From Mobula hypostoma (Eukaryota): a DNA stretch of 64,000 nucleotides. Shown here piece by piece: positions 38,068 to 49,249 of the stretch; within the stretch, counting starts at the first letter, position 1; every line of letters starts with the position of its first letter. Below the pieces are notes generated by a model that made no database searches, was not told the DNA's origin, and was given only the letters and a program-made list of their open reading frames with translations. Both the position numbers and the translations under genes were made by a program. Location of the stretch: NCBI RefSeq assembly GCF_963921235.1, contig NC_086106.1, positions 22,940,001 through 23,004,000 on the forward strand, in the 5' to 3' direction.

Positions 38068-41000
38068 TGTTACGTAAACGGCAGCAATGAATATCGATCG
38101 GGACAGGTTAGATAAAAACAACCAAGCATTTATTAAACACGGATAAACGATAAGGAAAAAAAAGAACAAAACTTTCACTGGAAGGTAACCGATATTCAGC
38201 CGTTCAACAAATCAACACTCGGCACTCGTTCTTAAAGCGTTAAATGCGAAAAGAGTTCTTGAAGCGATAAAGTCAGATATAGTCCTTAAAGGGATACATT
38301 CGAAAGTCCGACAGATCTATACGTTCAATTGGGGAGAGACTTCTCTGGAGAAGGATTTCTTCACAGACGCGACTTTCCTGCTGGTTCTGTCCACAGAGTC
38401 CACGTGGAGGTAAATAAACATTTTAAAACAACTGACCTTAAATTCCTTTAGAGAGAAAGAGAGAGCAAATCGTTGCATGAGCTCCTTGCTATTTTTGGCA
38501 AGAGTTATCCTTAATTCAGGTTGCTACTCTACTCCGCCAACGAAGACTCAATAAGTCGATGCTTTGAGTTAAACTGCTAAATGATGCCGACTCCTCTCGA
38601 TCCCTCGATCCTGCACTTCGATAAATTCTTCATTCTCCCTTCTACTGTTGGAATTGAGGAAATCAACACATCCAGCCAAAAAATTTCCAGTCCAATAATA
38701 TGGCATCTTGCAATAGAACGCAAAACAGTTTTAAAAATGAAACTGCACCACAAAAACACACAGGCAGTAGAAAAGGAGATACAGGACGTTCTACCTGGAA
38801 ATCTACAAACTAAAAAACGACTGTGTCATCTGGGTCGACCAATGTACAGTAATGGCGCACATGTCATCACGTGACCTCGCATCGGCGGGAAAATCACATC
38901 AGGTGATCTCCAAAGCACCATTACATAATTCTCGCAAAAGAAAAAAAATCTCCTTGAGCATGTAACATGTCCTTCCAGAAAAAAGGTTTCTTAAAGAAGA
39001 ACATTTTAACAATTTATACATAAAAATTCAAATGTATAAAACGTACAAAATACACCATGTATACAATCTTACCTTTCAGCCCTTTACAAACTAATTTAAA
39101 GTAGAAGTGTTGCAAACGTTATAATAACACTCCAAAAAAAAAACAAATTTCCATTGTACATTTTACATCTAGACAAACAATCAGTAATCACATTGTCTTT
39201 ACCCTTAATATGAGTGATCAAAATATTGTACTCCTGTAACATTAGACTATATTATTAAACGGGAGTTTAATTTCCGTAACCCTTTTCCTTAACAGTCACA
39301 GTGGCATCACCAAATTCACTCTTAGCTAAGTTAATAGTTAAGTTAGCTTTTGAAAGTCTCTCAAATAGTTTCTCCACCGCAGTAATATTTGCTTTCCATG
39401 TACTATTCCCTGTAACCAAATCATCAATATAGACATCTGTATCTTTTAATCCCTGAATCACGCTATTAATCATCCTCTGAAAACTACCTAGTTCATTATT
39501 CATCCCAAATGGAATAACATTATATTCATATAACCCAGATGGGTTTACGAATGCTGAAATCTCTCTACAGCTATCCATGAATGGAACACACCAATAGCCT
39601 TTTCACAAATAATTTTTGTAAGGAATTTGACCTGTCCAAATTTATCCACACAATCATCTACACTAGGGATTAATATGCATTAGTTTTTGTCACAGCATTC
39701 ACATTTCTGTAATCCGTACAAAACCTATTCTTTTGGCTGGTTTAGGCACCATAACATAAGTTGAACTCCAATTCGATTGGTATGTCTAATAATATCATTC
39801 TCTAACACATTAAATTTCTTGTTTTGGAAGTTCACATTTTTCCTTGTTCATTCGATACGGATGTTGTTTTATGGGTTTTGCGTCGCTAACATCTACATCA
39901 TGTGTAGCTACAGTGGTTGTTCTAGGGACGTCTGGAAATAAATCTCTATACTTAAAAAAAACAATTGTTTTATCTGTTCTCTCTGCTCTAGTTGTAAATG
40001 AGCTAATTTTTTCATCAATATTTTCCAGAATTTTAAAATTAGGTAAACTGGATTAAATAATGTTGGGTTTAAAATGAGATTCAGACGAATCCTCCAATAC
40101 GTTTTCATCAAGATAAGACCCATTATCGATCAGAACAGTCAGAGTAGCAACTTCTGTCTCATAATGCTGTTTTATCATATTTATATGACATATCTGTGTT
40201 GTCTTTCTCGGATCTGGCATTTTACCAGATAATCCACATCATTTACCTTAGATTTAATCTCATAAAGACCATGGAATTTAGTTTGTAATTGGTTCGTTGG
40301 CACTGGGAAAAGAACCAACATCTTATCTCCAGGCTTAAATAACCTCATCCTAGCTTTCCTTACCATATTACGTCTTCATCCTCTCTTGAGTTAACTTTAA
40401 ATTTTCCTTGTCCAAGCTACAAGCGTTATACAATATTCCTTTAAATTTAGAAACATAATCTAGCAAATTAGTGTGTACGTCTTTATTAATCCACTGTTCC
40501 TTCAACAAGGCCAAAGGTTCTCGAACTCTATGCCCAAACACAAGTTCAAAAGGACTGAAAGATAATGATTCCTGTTCTGCTTCCCTTACTGCGAAAAGTA
40601 GTGAATGTATACCTTCATCCCAGTCATTTTCATTGTCTACACGATATGTACATAAACATAGTTTTTAGTGTAGAAGGAAATCTCTTCAAGGATCCTTGTG
40701 ATTCTCGATAATAGGCTGAGGAAATAAACTGTTTTGCTCCCAGTTTAAAACTATCTGCTGAAACAACGCAGACATAAAATTACTACCTTGACCTGATTGT
40801 ATTTCCTTAGGCAACGCAAAATACGTAAACAATGTCATAAGAGCCTCTGTCACAGTTTGAGCTGTTATATTCCTAAGAAGTACTGCCTCTGATGCTGTGC
40901 ACATAGGAGTTAATAAATATTGATGTCCAGTTTTAGTTTTTGGCAATGGATCTATACAGTCTACAATGATTTTTCAGAACAGCTCACGAAATACAGGATG

Positions 41001-42994
41001 TGTTTTACAGTAATTACAAATAATACCAAAATATCTTTCCTGCACATCCTTACTTTTCTCACTAACTTCAGATTTAATTTCTGGTTTACCTTGACTCTCT
41101 GTGCTCATTACCTTTTAAAAATTTTACCTGGAGAAAATGTATTCTTGTGAATTAAAACATACTCATCAGCCACTTTCGCAATCTCCTGCAATGTAGCAGT
41201 TCCCCAATCATTTGAGTATCTTCTAACTTCAACAGGAATGCCTCTTTTAAATTCCTCCTGCAAAATCAGCATTTTTAAAAAAATTATTATACTCCCCAGT
41301 TATATTTTTTTTAGAGGGAACCCATCTCTTACAACACACATATTTCTCATAGGCAAATTCCGCATATGTTTTTTTCCACCGATTTATTCAAACTTCTGAG
41401 TCTTTCTCTATACCCTTCCGGAACGCTCTCATATCTTTTAAATGTGCTGCTTAACAATATCACATCCAGTGCTTGCTCAGCATTTAAAACTGTATAAACG
41501 TGTTGTGCCTTGCCTTTAATTATTCTTTGTAACATCACTGGCCATTGTTCTTTCGGCCACTTTAAACTCAGAGCAACTATTTCAAAATGTTGGAAATATG
41601 TGTCCACATCTGCTTCATTAAACAGAGGAGCCAAAGTAACCTCACGACTAGCAATAAACTGTTTCGTCGAAACAGAAGACTGATTCCCAGACCATATTTT
41701 CTCCATCTCTGGCTCAAATTTCCTCTGGTTTTCAGCCTCTCTTTCTTTCATTTCCATTTTAAATCTTTCAAACTTTAACTGTTCAAGACGAAACTGCATT
41801 TCCAGATTACTCATTGGAAACTTATCTATCACCTCAGCACCAAACAATTCCAAATTAATATTATGTTCGGAAATGTTTCTTTTATGAAAGCCTTGGTAGA
41901 ATTTAGCGTAATTCCTGGAATATCCAACTTCCGAGCAATCTCCAATATCTCAGGTTTTCCCGCATTCTCTAAAGATCCCGAGTCAGCCGTCTCCAAAAGG
42001 GCGCCGTATCCATTGTTGCCGAATACAACTCACACACCAATGAACCCCCCAAAAAATCGGATATTAACCTTTTTTTTTCCAGTCAAAATGTCAATTTCCA
42101 GCACCTAAACTCAAAATCAGCACATTTCCTGGCCGAGCCCCTACTGATTATGTTACGTAAACGACAACAATGAATATCAGTCGAGACAGGTTATATAAAA
42201 AACAACCAAACATTTATTAAACACGAATAAACGATAAGGAAAAAAAAAGAACGAAAACTTTAACCGGAAGTTAACCGATATGCAACTGTTCAACAAATCA
42301 ACACTCGGCATTCGTTCTTAAAGCGTTAAATGCGAAAACTGTTCTTAAATCAATAAAGTCAGTTATAGCCCTTAAAGCGATAAACTCGAAAGTCCAACAG
42401 ATCTATACATTCAATTGGGGAAATACTTCTCCAGAGAAGGATTTCTTCACAGACGCGACTTACCTGCTGGTTCTGTCCACAGAATCCACGTGAGGTAAAT
42501 AAACAGTTTAAAACAACTGACCTTAAATTCATTTAGAGAGAGAGAGAGAGCAATCCGTTGCATGAACTCCTTCTATTTTTGTCACGAGTTGTCCTTAATG
42601 CAGGTTGCTACTCCGCCAACGAAGACTCAATAATGTCGATCCTTTGTTGTCCTGCCAAACGTTTGCCGACTCTCGATCTCTCGATCCTGCACTTCGCTAA
42701 ATTCCTCACTCTCCCTTCTACTGTTAGAATTGAGGAAATCAACACATCTATCCAAAAATTTCCATTCCAATAATATGATGTCTTGCAATAGAACGCAGAA
42801 CCTTTTAAAAATGAAACTGCGTCACAAAAAACAAACATGCAACAGAAACTGAGATACAGCACGTTCTACCTGGAAATCTAGACACTAAATACCTACTGCG
42901 TCATCTGGGTCGACCCTTATATAGTCATAGTGCACATCTCATCACGTGACCTCACATAGGCGGGAAGATCACATCAGATGAGCTCCAAAAGACT
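38068..42994 (-). mobile_element. Gmr1-type Gypsy provirus copy 3 (duplicate of copy 2 with a ~1.1-kb internal deletion)
   Basis: LTRs at 38068-38967 and 42151->42994; PBS at 42126-42143. Lacks the protease and integrase N-terminal region (junction near 40995). Confidence 0.92.
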
Positions 42995-43218
42995 NNNNNN
43001 NNNNNNNNNNNNNNNNNNNNNNNNNNNNNNNNNNNNNNNNNNNNNNNNNNNNNNNNNNNNNNNNNNNNNNNNNNNNNNNNNNNNNNNNNNNNNNNNNNNN
43101 NNNNNNNNNNNNNNNNNNNNNNNNNNNNNNNNNNNNNNNNNNNNNNNNNNNNNNNNNNNNNNNNNNNNNNNNNNNNNNNNNNNNNNNNNNNNNNNNNNNN
43201 NNNNNNNNNNNNNNNNNN
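42995..43218. other. Assembly gap (N run)
   Basis: Run of n. Confidence 1.
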
Positions 43219-44584
43219 CTACAACAGATCTCCTTCAGCATATAACAGATGCAAGAGCCTTCAACTGGGATCCATGAATATAATGTATTCATAATAGTCA
43301 CCAAAGCAAAGCAGATGATGATTGATTTTGGGCTACACGGACTACTCACACCATTGTGTGCGTTAGAATTGCAGCCGTGGAAACTGCGAGCAGTTTAAGT
43401 CGCCGGGGCGCATATCTCTCGTGGTCCCAGAAGAAACCTTAAACAACCAGGAACGGGTAATAGCGCCTATTTTTTTTTTCTTCTTCTTCTTAAGGGACAG
43501 CAGAGAACTGGATTATGCATATTTATACTCACATCTATCTACCGACGCTTATGTGGAGAATAACCTAACTTGCCTCAACACTGACTAGCCCAGAGACAAC
43601 TCCGCAGCAAAAAGGGAGACTTTTTAGTGGTTAATCAACACTTTCCATTCATAACCAGCTCCAATTTACACGCCAACAAGGTCATATTTACAGAATAATA
43701 CCCGGAAACGGCCAGTGGTATCATGAAGGAAACCACTCACCCAGCTCTTGAACCATTTGATACTCTCCCTGCAGGGTGGAGGCCAGACAGCCTCCAAATC
43801 GGCATCGACCGCCTCCAAAATACTTACCCTCGCCAAGACAAATGAGGGTGGAAAACACAGATAGAGCTCAGTTGCGGTGAAGGGGGCAGGGGGGAGGTGG
43901 GGGTGAAGAGAGAGAGTTAGTGTAGGACGAAAATTACTTGAGATTGTTGGCTGAAAATGCTGCGGCTGCTGAAGCTAGGTACAGATTAATTGGTAGCGAG
44001 AGAAAGGAAAGCGAGAGAGATGGAGATAAATCAACAGAGGGAGTTGAAAAAGAAAGAGAGAGAGCTCAACGGGAAGATCAGAAGATAGAAAAAAAGAGAG
44101 AGAACATCAGAGCAGTGGGGGGGGGGGGGTGGCTAGAGAGAGAGAGAGAGATCAACCAAGCAAGGCTGACACTCCTCTCTGCACCAAAACCTCAGCGGGT
44201 AATAAACCTGGAAAACATCCATCAGATGTTTCTCTATGTCCATGCGTTCCCAAGCAAGTATACGCATATACGTATTTTATCTATCTATCTCTTACCACAC
44301 ACACACACACACACACACAGCCGAGTGATTGCGTTTTGAATTTTAGCGGTCATATTTCTCTCGCCGTGTTAACGTACATTTCACAAATTAAATGAGATGG
44401 CAGAGTTTCAGGATCTCACTGCAACATTGGAAAGAGCGGTGCGGTTACACCATTACAAAGTCTTCACAGACGAAGGCGAGGAAAACTGCAACAGGTACTC
44501 TTTGTGGCGTGAAACCACAATCAGAAACGGATTGTTGAAATGTATCTAGCTGCAGCGATCAAAGGATATATTCTACAGTAAGTG

Positions 44585-44623
44585 ACTTTTTGTACGACGA
44601 TTTAACTGGAATACATCACTGTG
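44585..44623 (-). promoter_or_regulatory. 23-bp-spacer RSS (canonical heptamer)
   Basis: Minus strand CACAGTG (44623-44617), 23 nt, ACAAAAAGT (44593-44585). Confidence 0.93.
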
Positions 44624-44933
44624 CGGCTTAGGGCACAGTAATAAACTGCAGAGTCGCTCAGTTGCAGCTTTGAAACGGTGACGCTGAACTTTTTTTCTTC
44701 CTTCTCCAGAGAGATTTTGAACCGTCTTTTCGCAAATTTGGCAATATTGTCTCCTCCACCAGAACCTTTGTACAGTATGTACTCGAAACTTTGTTCTGGC
44801 CTTTGTCGGTACAAATATAAATAATAGCTGCCCCATGTAGTATCAAAGGTGTAGTTAAAAGTCACAGACCCGTCTTCTGCTGTCTTCACTTCTGGTGGCA
44901 TTGTGTGAGTGACAGAGTTTCCATGACTCGTAC
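44624..44933 (-). CDS. TCR alpha/delta-like V exon, open frame but lacking first Cys and core Trp
   Basis: Acceptor tttttag, then GTSHGNSVTHTMPPEVKTAEDGSVTFNYTF...YLYLYRQRPEQSFEYIL...RRF...SKLQLSDSAVYYCALSR, then the RSS. Confidence 0.9.
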
Positions 44934-45029
44934 CTAAAAAAGTAATGTCAAAACATTAAACGTTATATTGAGGTTTTTTTTCAGAATTCAGTTTCGAGAT
45001 GTCTCTTGAATTGTCTGCTGCATACAAAC

Positions 45030-45075
45030 CAGTTAACCAGGCTCCGTACACAATCCAGATGACGAATATCCACAT
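45030..45075 (-). CDS. Leader (signal peptide) exon of the V at 44624-44933
   Basis: ATG...MWIFVIWIVYGAWLT(G): 46 nt, phase 1, donor GTTTGT, 96-bp intron, in frame with the V exon. Confidence 0.8.
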
Positions 45076-45697
45076 TATCTTTTCTGAAGAATGCGTTGAG
45101 TGATTTTCTACTCAGAAAACTGTCGCTAAGATACAGGACTTTCCGATTCTACTGTTTAAGTGCTATAATGGGCAGGAAATTAAAAGCGCCCAATGAGAAC
45201 GCAGCCTCTTGATACATGCTCCGCCTATGGCCCCAGACAGGTCCGGATATCTCAGGGAAAGAGCGTCACACCCCGTTCCCTGACTGAGACAGCCCTCTGA
45301 CGACATAAGCCTGCAGCTGTCGAAAATATTTATTTCCTTGGTACAGTCGATCGACATGACGAATAGAAAGACGGTTGAAATTCTAAAAGAGAGCTTCTTG
45401 CCGACTTTCAGCATAGTACCGATAACTATAAGGGCAACGTTCCGTCGGAGGTCGGTTCCTGTGACATACATTATACAGCACGTATCTCAGGATTTTCCAC
45501 AGAGACAAACAATACTAAAATAAATTGACCACGTCACTTAGGAACTGCAGTTCTGTATGACGGAGCCATTGTCCGTATAAAAGTTTATAGTTATCTCTGC
45601 CTCTTGACTGCTATCCTTTCGCACCTTCCATTGCTGCTTCATTCTGTACGCATCGGTGTCTGTATCTGTATGTCTGCCTCTAACAGAACTCGTGCTC

Positions 45698-45711
45698 GTG
45701 TGTGTGTGTGT

Positions 45712-45763
<52 letters not shown>

Positions 45764-45792
45764 GTGTGTTTATGCGTCTTTGTGTGTGTGTG
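45698..45792. repeat. (TG)n microsatellite
   Basis: Imperfect TG dinucleotide run. Confidence 0.97.
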
Positions 45793-46742
45793 TTCACATC
45801 CTGACATTCATTCATTCGCTATTTGTTGATGTTTCAGAGCAAATTGAGCTTAGCAACACCCAGGGTAGCGTTTTGAGTGTACCCGCCACGATAGGCTGAG
45901 TTTGATGGCGTGGAGATATAGGGTGCAATACGACAATAGTGTACCCTGATATGTTGACAAGTAATCCTTCAAACTTTCGACACCTCAGTGTCAAACATGC
46001 CCAGACATTCTGTCGAGCATTGGACATATTGCAGCTAAAATGTCGGATATGTCTCAGGATTCTGAAAGAAATGCAGCATGCCCTATCATGTATGTATATT
46101 TCAATGTTTCGTCTGTCGGTTCTCAACCATTAATTTAGCCGAAACGACCAAACGTATTGCGGCAGGTACGCTTCTCGCTCCTCCCTGATAAAAAAAAACA
46201 AACAAACAGAATCTACGACAACAGGAGTGCATGATCCCCACGGCATAAAGATAGTCCATTTTTACAGAGTCTCAGTGGGCAGCACAAACAACATAATCTG
46301 TAAGGAGCACAAAGAATAAATGCCGTGTCGTATATAGTTCTTACTCCTTCATTTTCTCTCTTTCATCTCAAACTCTCTCTCCCCCTCTCAACTTCTACCT
46401 GAGTCAACCTCCCTGTATATTTTATAGTTTATTTCTACTCTTTTCTTTTTCTGTATCGCTTTCGTTATCTTCCTACCTGCAGGACTCTGCTTTTCTCTAG
46501 CCATCTCTCAATTTTCTATTATCTGTTTCAAGTTGTTTGATTTGTGTGTTGTTTTGTTAATTTTCTCTTTGTTTAAAAAAAAATACAGGTCGTCTCTTTT
46601 TTCCAACCCATTCTCTCCCTCCCTCTTTGTTATTCTCTCTGTGCCTCTCACGCGAGCCACATTGTCTACCTGTGTTTTTTCTTCGTTTGCCTCGCTGTTT
46701 GCAACGTATCTGACTGTAATTTCTTCTTTTCCATTACTTACC

Positions 46743-46778
46743 CTCTCTCTCTCCTCCTTTTCCTTCTCTCTCTCTCTG

Positions 46779-46853
<75 letters not shown>

Positions 46854-46863
46854 TCTCTCTCTC
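46743..46863. repeat. (CT)n microsatellite within a pyrimidine-rich tract
   Basis: Long CT dinucleotide run. Confidence 0.97.
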
Positions 46864-47339
46864 AACTCCCTCCTTCTCTATTATACTCTCATTGCCTCCC
46901 TCTCCGGCTACTATATCCACCTGTTGTTTACTTCATTTATCTCGCTGTTTGTCTGCTACGTGTTTGTAAATTCTTCCTTTTTTTGTTATTTACCCTCTCG
47001 CTTCCTCTCTCGCCTTCTGTACTCATTGACTTTGTGGGTCTGCTTATTGTATTATCACCTCACATCCTTACACTCATCTTTGTCTCTTTCCCTTTGAGCC
47101 TGCTACTCCGGCAGTGTTTCCACGTATTAATTTCTCACTATAGATGTTCTCCCACTAAGAGTTTCCGAAAGATAGACATTAAACTGAATCGTTATCCCTC
47201 CAGGACTCGACATACATGTCTACTTCTGTCTGAATATGTTTTTTTCTTCTTTAAAATGAGAAAAAGAAGAAAAAAAAACTTATTTTTCCGCTCTAGCACA
47301 AACTTTCTGTCAGCGTATCCTGTTGACAACACGTAGGCC

Positions 47340-47520
47340 TGCGGTTGGCACGGCTCTGCTATAGTTTGTGTGATTTCGGAGTTCGTAGTTCATTTGTGGC
47401 GCTATGTTGCGAAGAGACTTTGTACGCCCACACGATCGGTAAGTGGGGTTTACTTCGGAATCAGGGTGGGTTAATTGGAAAATGTAAATTGTTCCATGAT
47501 CGCCTTGAGATAATCAGCTT
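47340..47520 (+). mobile_element. Degenerate tRNA-derived SINE
   Basis: Decayed ttgtacg...gtggggtttacttc...ggttaattgg..tgtaaattg core resembling elasmobranch V-SINE-type elements. Confidence 0.35.
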
Positions 47521-47899
47521 TGAGGTGGTTGCAGAGACAGCTTGGCTCAAGGTTTGTTACACCATCTCCCGCGCTGTATCGCTACTATTGGAAAAAACAA
47601 CAAATTTGCTAAATACCTATTTTTTTTTTCTTTCTTTTTTAGCGACAGGCCACTGAAGTAACGTATTGCATCTCCAGAATCTCCAGATGTAATGTGCTTT
47701 GCCAGTGTTGCCGCATGCCGTTCTCTGTTTGCATATGCATGGGGGTTTCACCTTTATTTTTTTGTTACTGCATAAGCAAATTAAACTGGCTTCTATTTAT
47801 GTTATAATTAAAATGATTTTTCTGTGATGTTAACTGCTGAGACGGTGATTCTTTTTCGAGCAGCAAGCAGCTTGTTTGGGTTATCAATAATGATAAGAA

Positions 47900-48160
47900 G
47901 TGAATGATCCAATGGGTGTCAATGTTATTCTTTTTTTCCTGGGGTGATATTCTGTTCCATATGGCTGGGGACCGCTGTGTTTTGCGTGCTTTGCAGGAGA
48001 GACCGGGAGAAGACGGACATGCTAGAAGCGGTCTGATCCATCACCTTGGGTGGTCCCGAGTGGCGGGCGAGGGGGTCGGAGTGGATCGCACAGTGAAGAG
48101 AGAAGACCCAGGGCAATTGTGCTCCAACTGTGTGCACGAAGAAATTGGACTTTGATAAGT
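47900..48160 (-). mobile_element. Rex/Babar-type RT C-terminal relic
   Basis: QLPWVFSLHCAIHSDPLARHSG weakly resembles FKFLGVHISxDLxWxxH. Confidence 0.35.
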
Positions 48161-48250
48161 CGGCGTTTTTTTTTTTCTTTCTCCTTTATATTTCATCTCT
48201 ATTAATCTCATAGTCCCAGGAGATTTACAAAGTGTGATCTATAAAGTGTA

Positions 48251-48811
48251 CACTGTGTGCTGTCTGATATTTGATGAGTGAGATCGTACCAGGTGGCATT
48301 GCACAGCAGCCGACACAACTGGGATACACGGTTGGGCGTCGGACAGGGTTTCTCCTAGATAAATACGACCCGATATAGCCGAGCGTTACACATAGAAAAT
48401 TGATTTGCAGATATATCGAGAACGGTAATATCATTACGACGGTGATTCGCTTGATCGATATTCTCCTTCCTCATTCCAACAATGTGCCTGGACACCTGTC
48501 TCACCAGCCCGTTTTCCTGAGCCTTTTAGCGATACAATGAAGGGAAAGTATTGGTTCCAAGCAATTGTTATCTTTTCCAAACTACTGAGTGACTGACATT
48601 TTTGCCGGAATGGAGAACTCAAGAAACTGCACTCTGCCACACTTGGAGTGGCCTTATCTCTTCTGGAACAGAATGGCCCCATATACGTGCGATCGCCCGG
48701 CAGACACAGGAGGGCGGGATTGATGAAACATGACCCCGCGCAGATTGACAGGTGAAATATCTCAGGAATGTGAACCATCATGGTCTTCACCACAATAATG
48801 CAGAAAGTCAT
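48251..48811 (-). pseudogene. Degenerate V-like relic (leader-like ORF start, acceptor, FR1/FR2 motifs, heptamer)
   Basis: MTFCIIVVKTMMVHIP leader-like start at 48811; acceptor ttctgttccag (exon starts 48662); phase-1 QVWQSAVS*VLHSGKNVS; frameshifted LH(W)YR*KAQENGL near 48535; CACAGTG at 48257-48251 with a poor nonamer. Confidence 0.45.
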
Positions 48812-49249
48812 TCTCTCTGCTTCTCTCTATTCCTATCCAGTTCTGTGAAATGATCTTTAGTGTATCATTATCCGGAATGATTTAATGAAAACTGGAGAAA
48901 CCCGGTTCAAGGCATTTTATTAAACTCCTTTCCTCAAGGAAATGAAACAGCATTGAGCAGTGCTTTTAGGAATTATGGTTATTCACGTCTGCAGTAACAG
49001 CTTCTCAATCGTTGACGTCTGTTGTTAACGACTTCCAACTCCGATTAGGAAAGCGTCACCCTCTTAGATATGTATGCTCCGCCCTGCTAGACGTACAACT
49101 ATACGCTATCTTCAGATTCTGCAAGTGATGCTGTGGAGCTGATAACGCGAATAAATGGATATAAAACTAATGTAATACTTTCTCTCGCGACCAGCTATGC
49201 CATCTATACCTGGTCGACATCACCATATACGACACAATCGACATGCCTT

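Larger units (their letters stand above)
36662..44344. repeat. Tandem segmental duplication, unit B
   Basis: Starts tggcaaacctgcctgc (as at 28433) and ends gcgttttgaatttt (as at 36655). Confidence 0.92.

Noticed and set aside
46533-47336. Longest ORF in the track (267 aa)
   Set aside because: Stop-free because of the (CT)n and pyrimidine tract (SL repeats); no coding signal.
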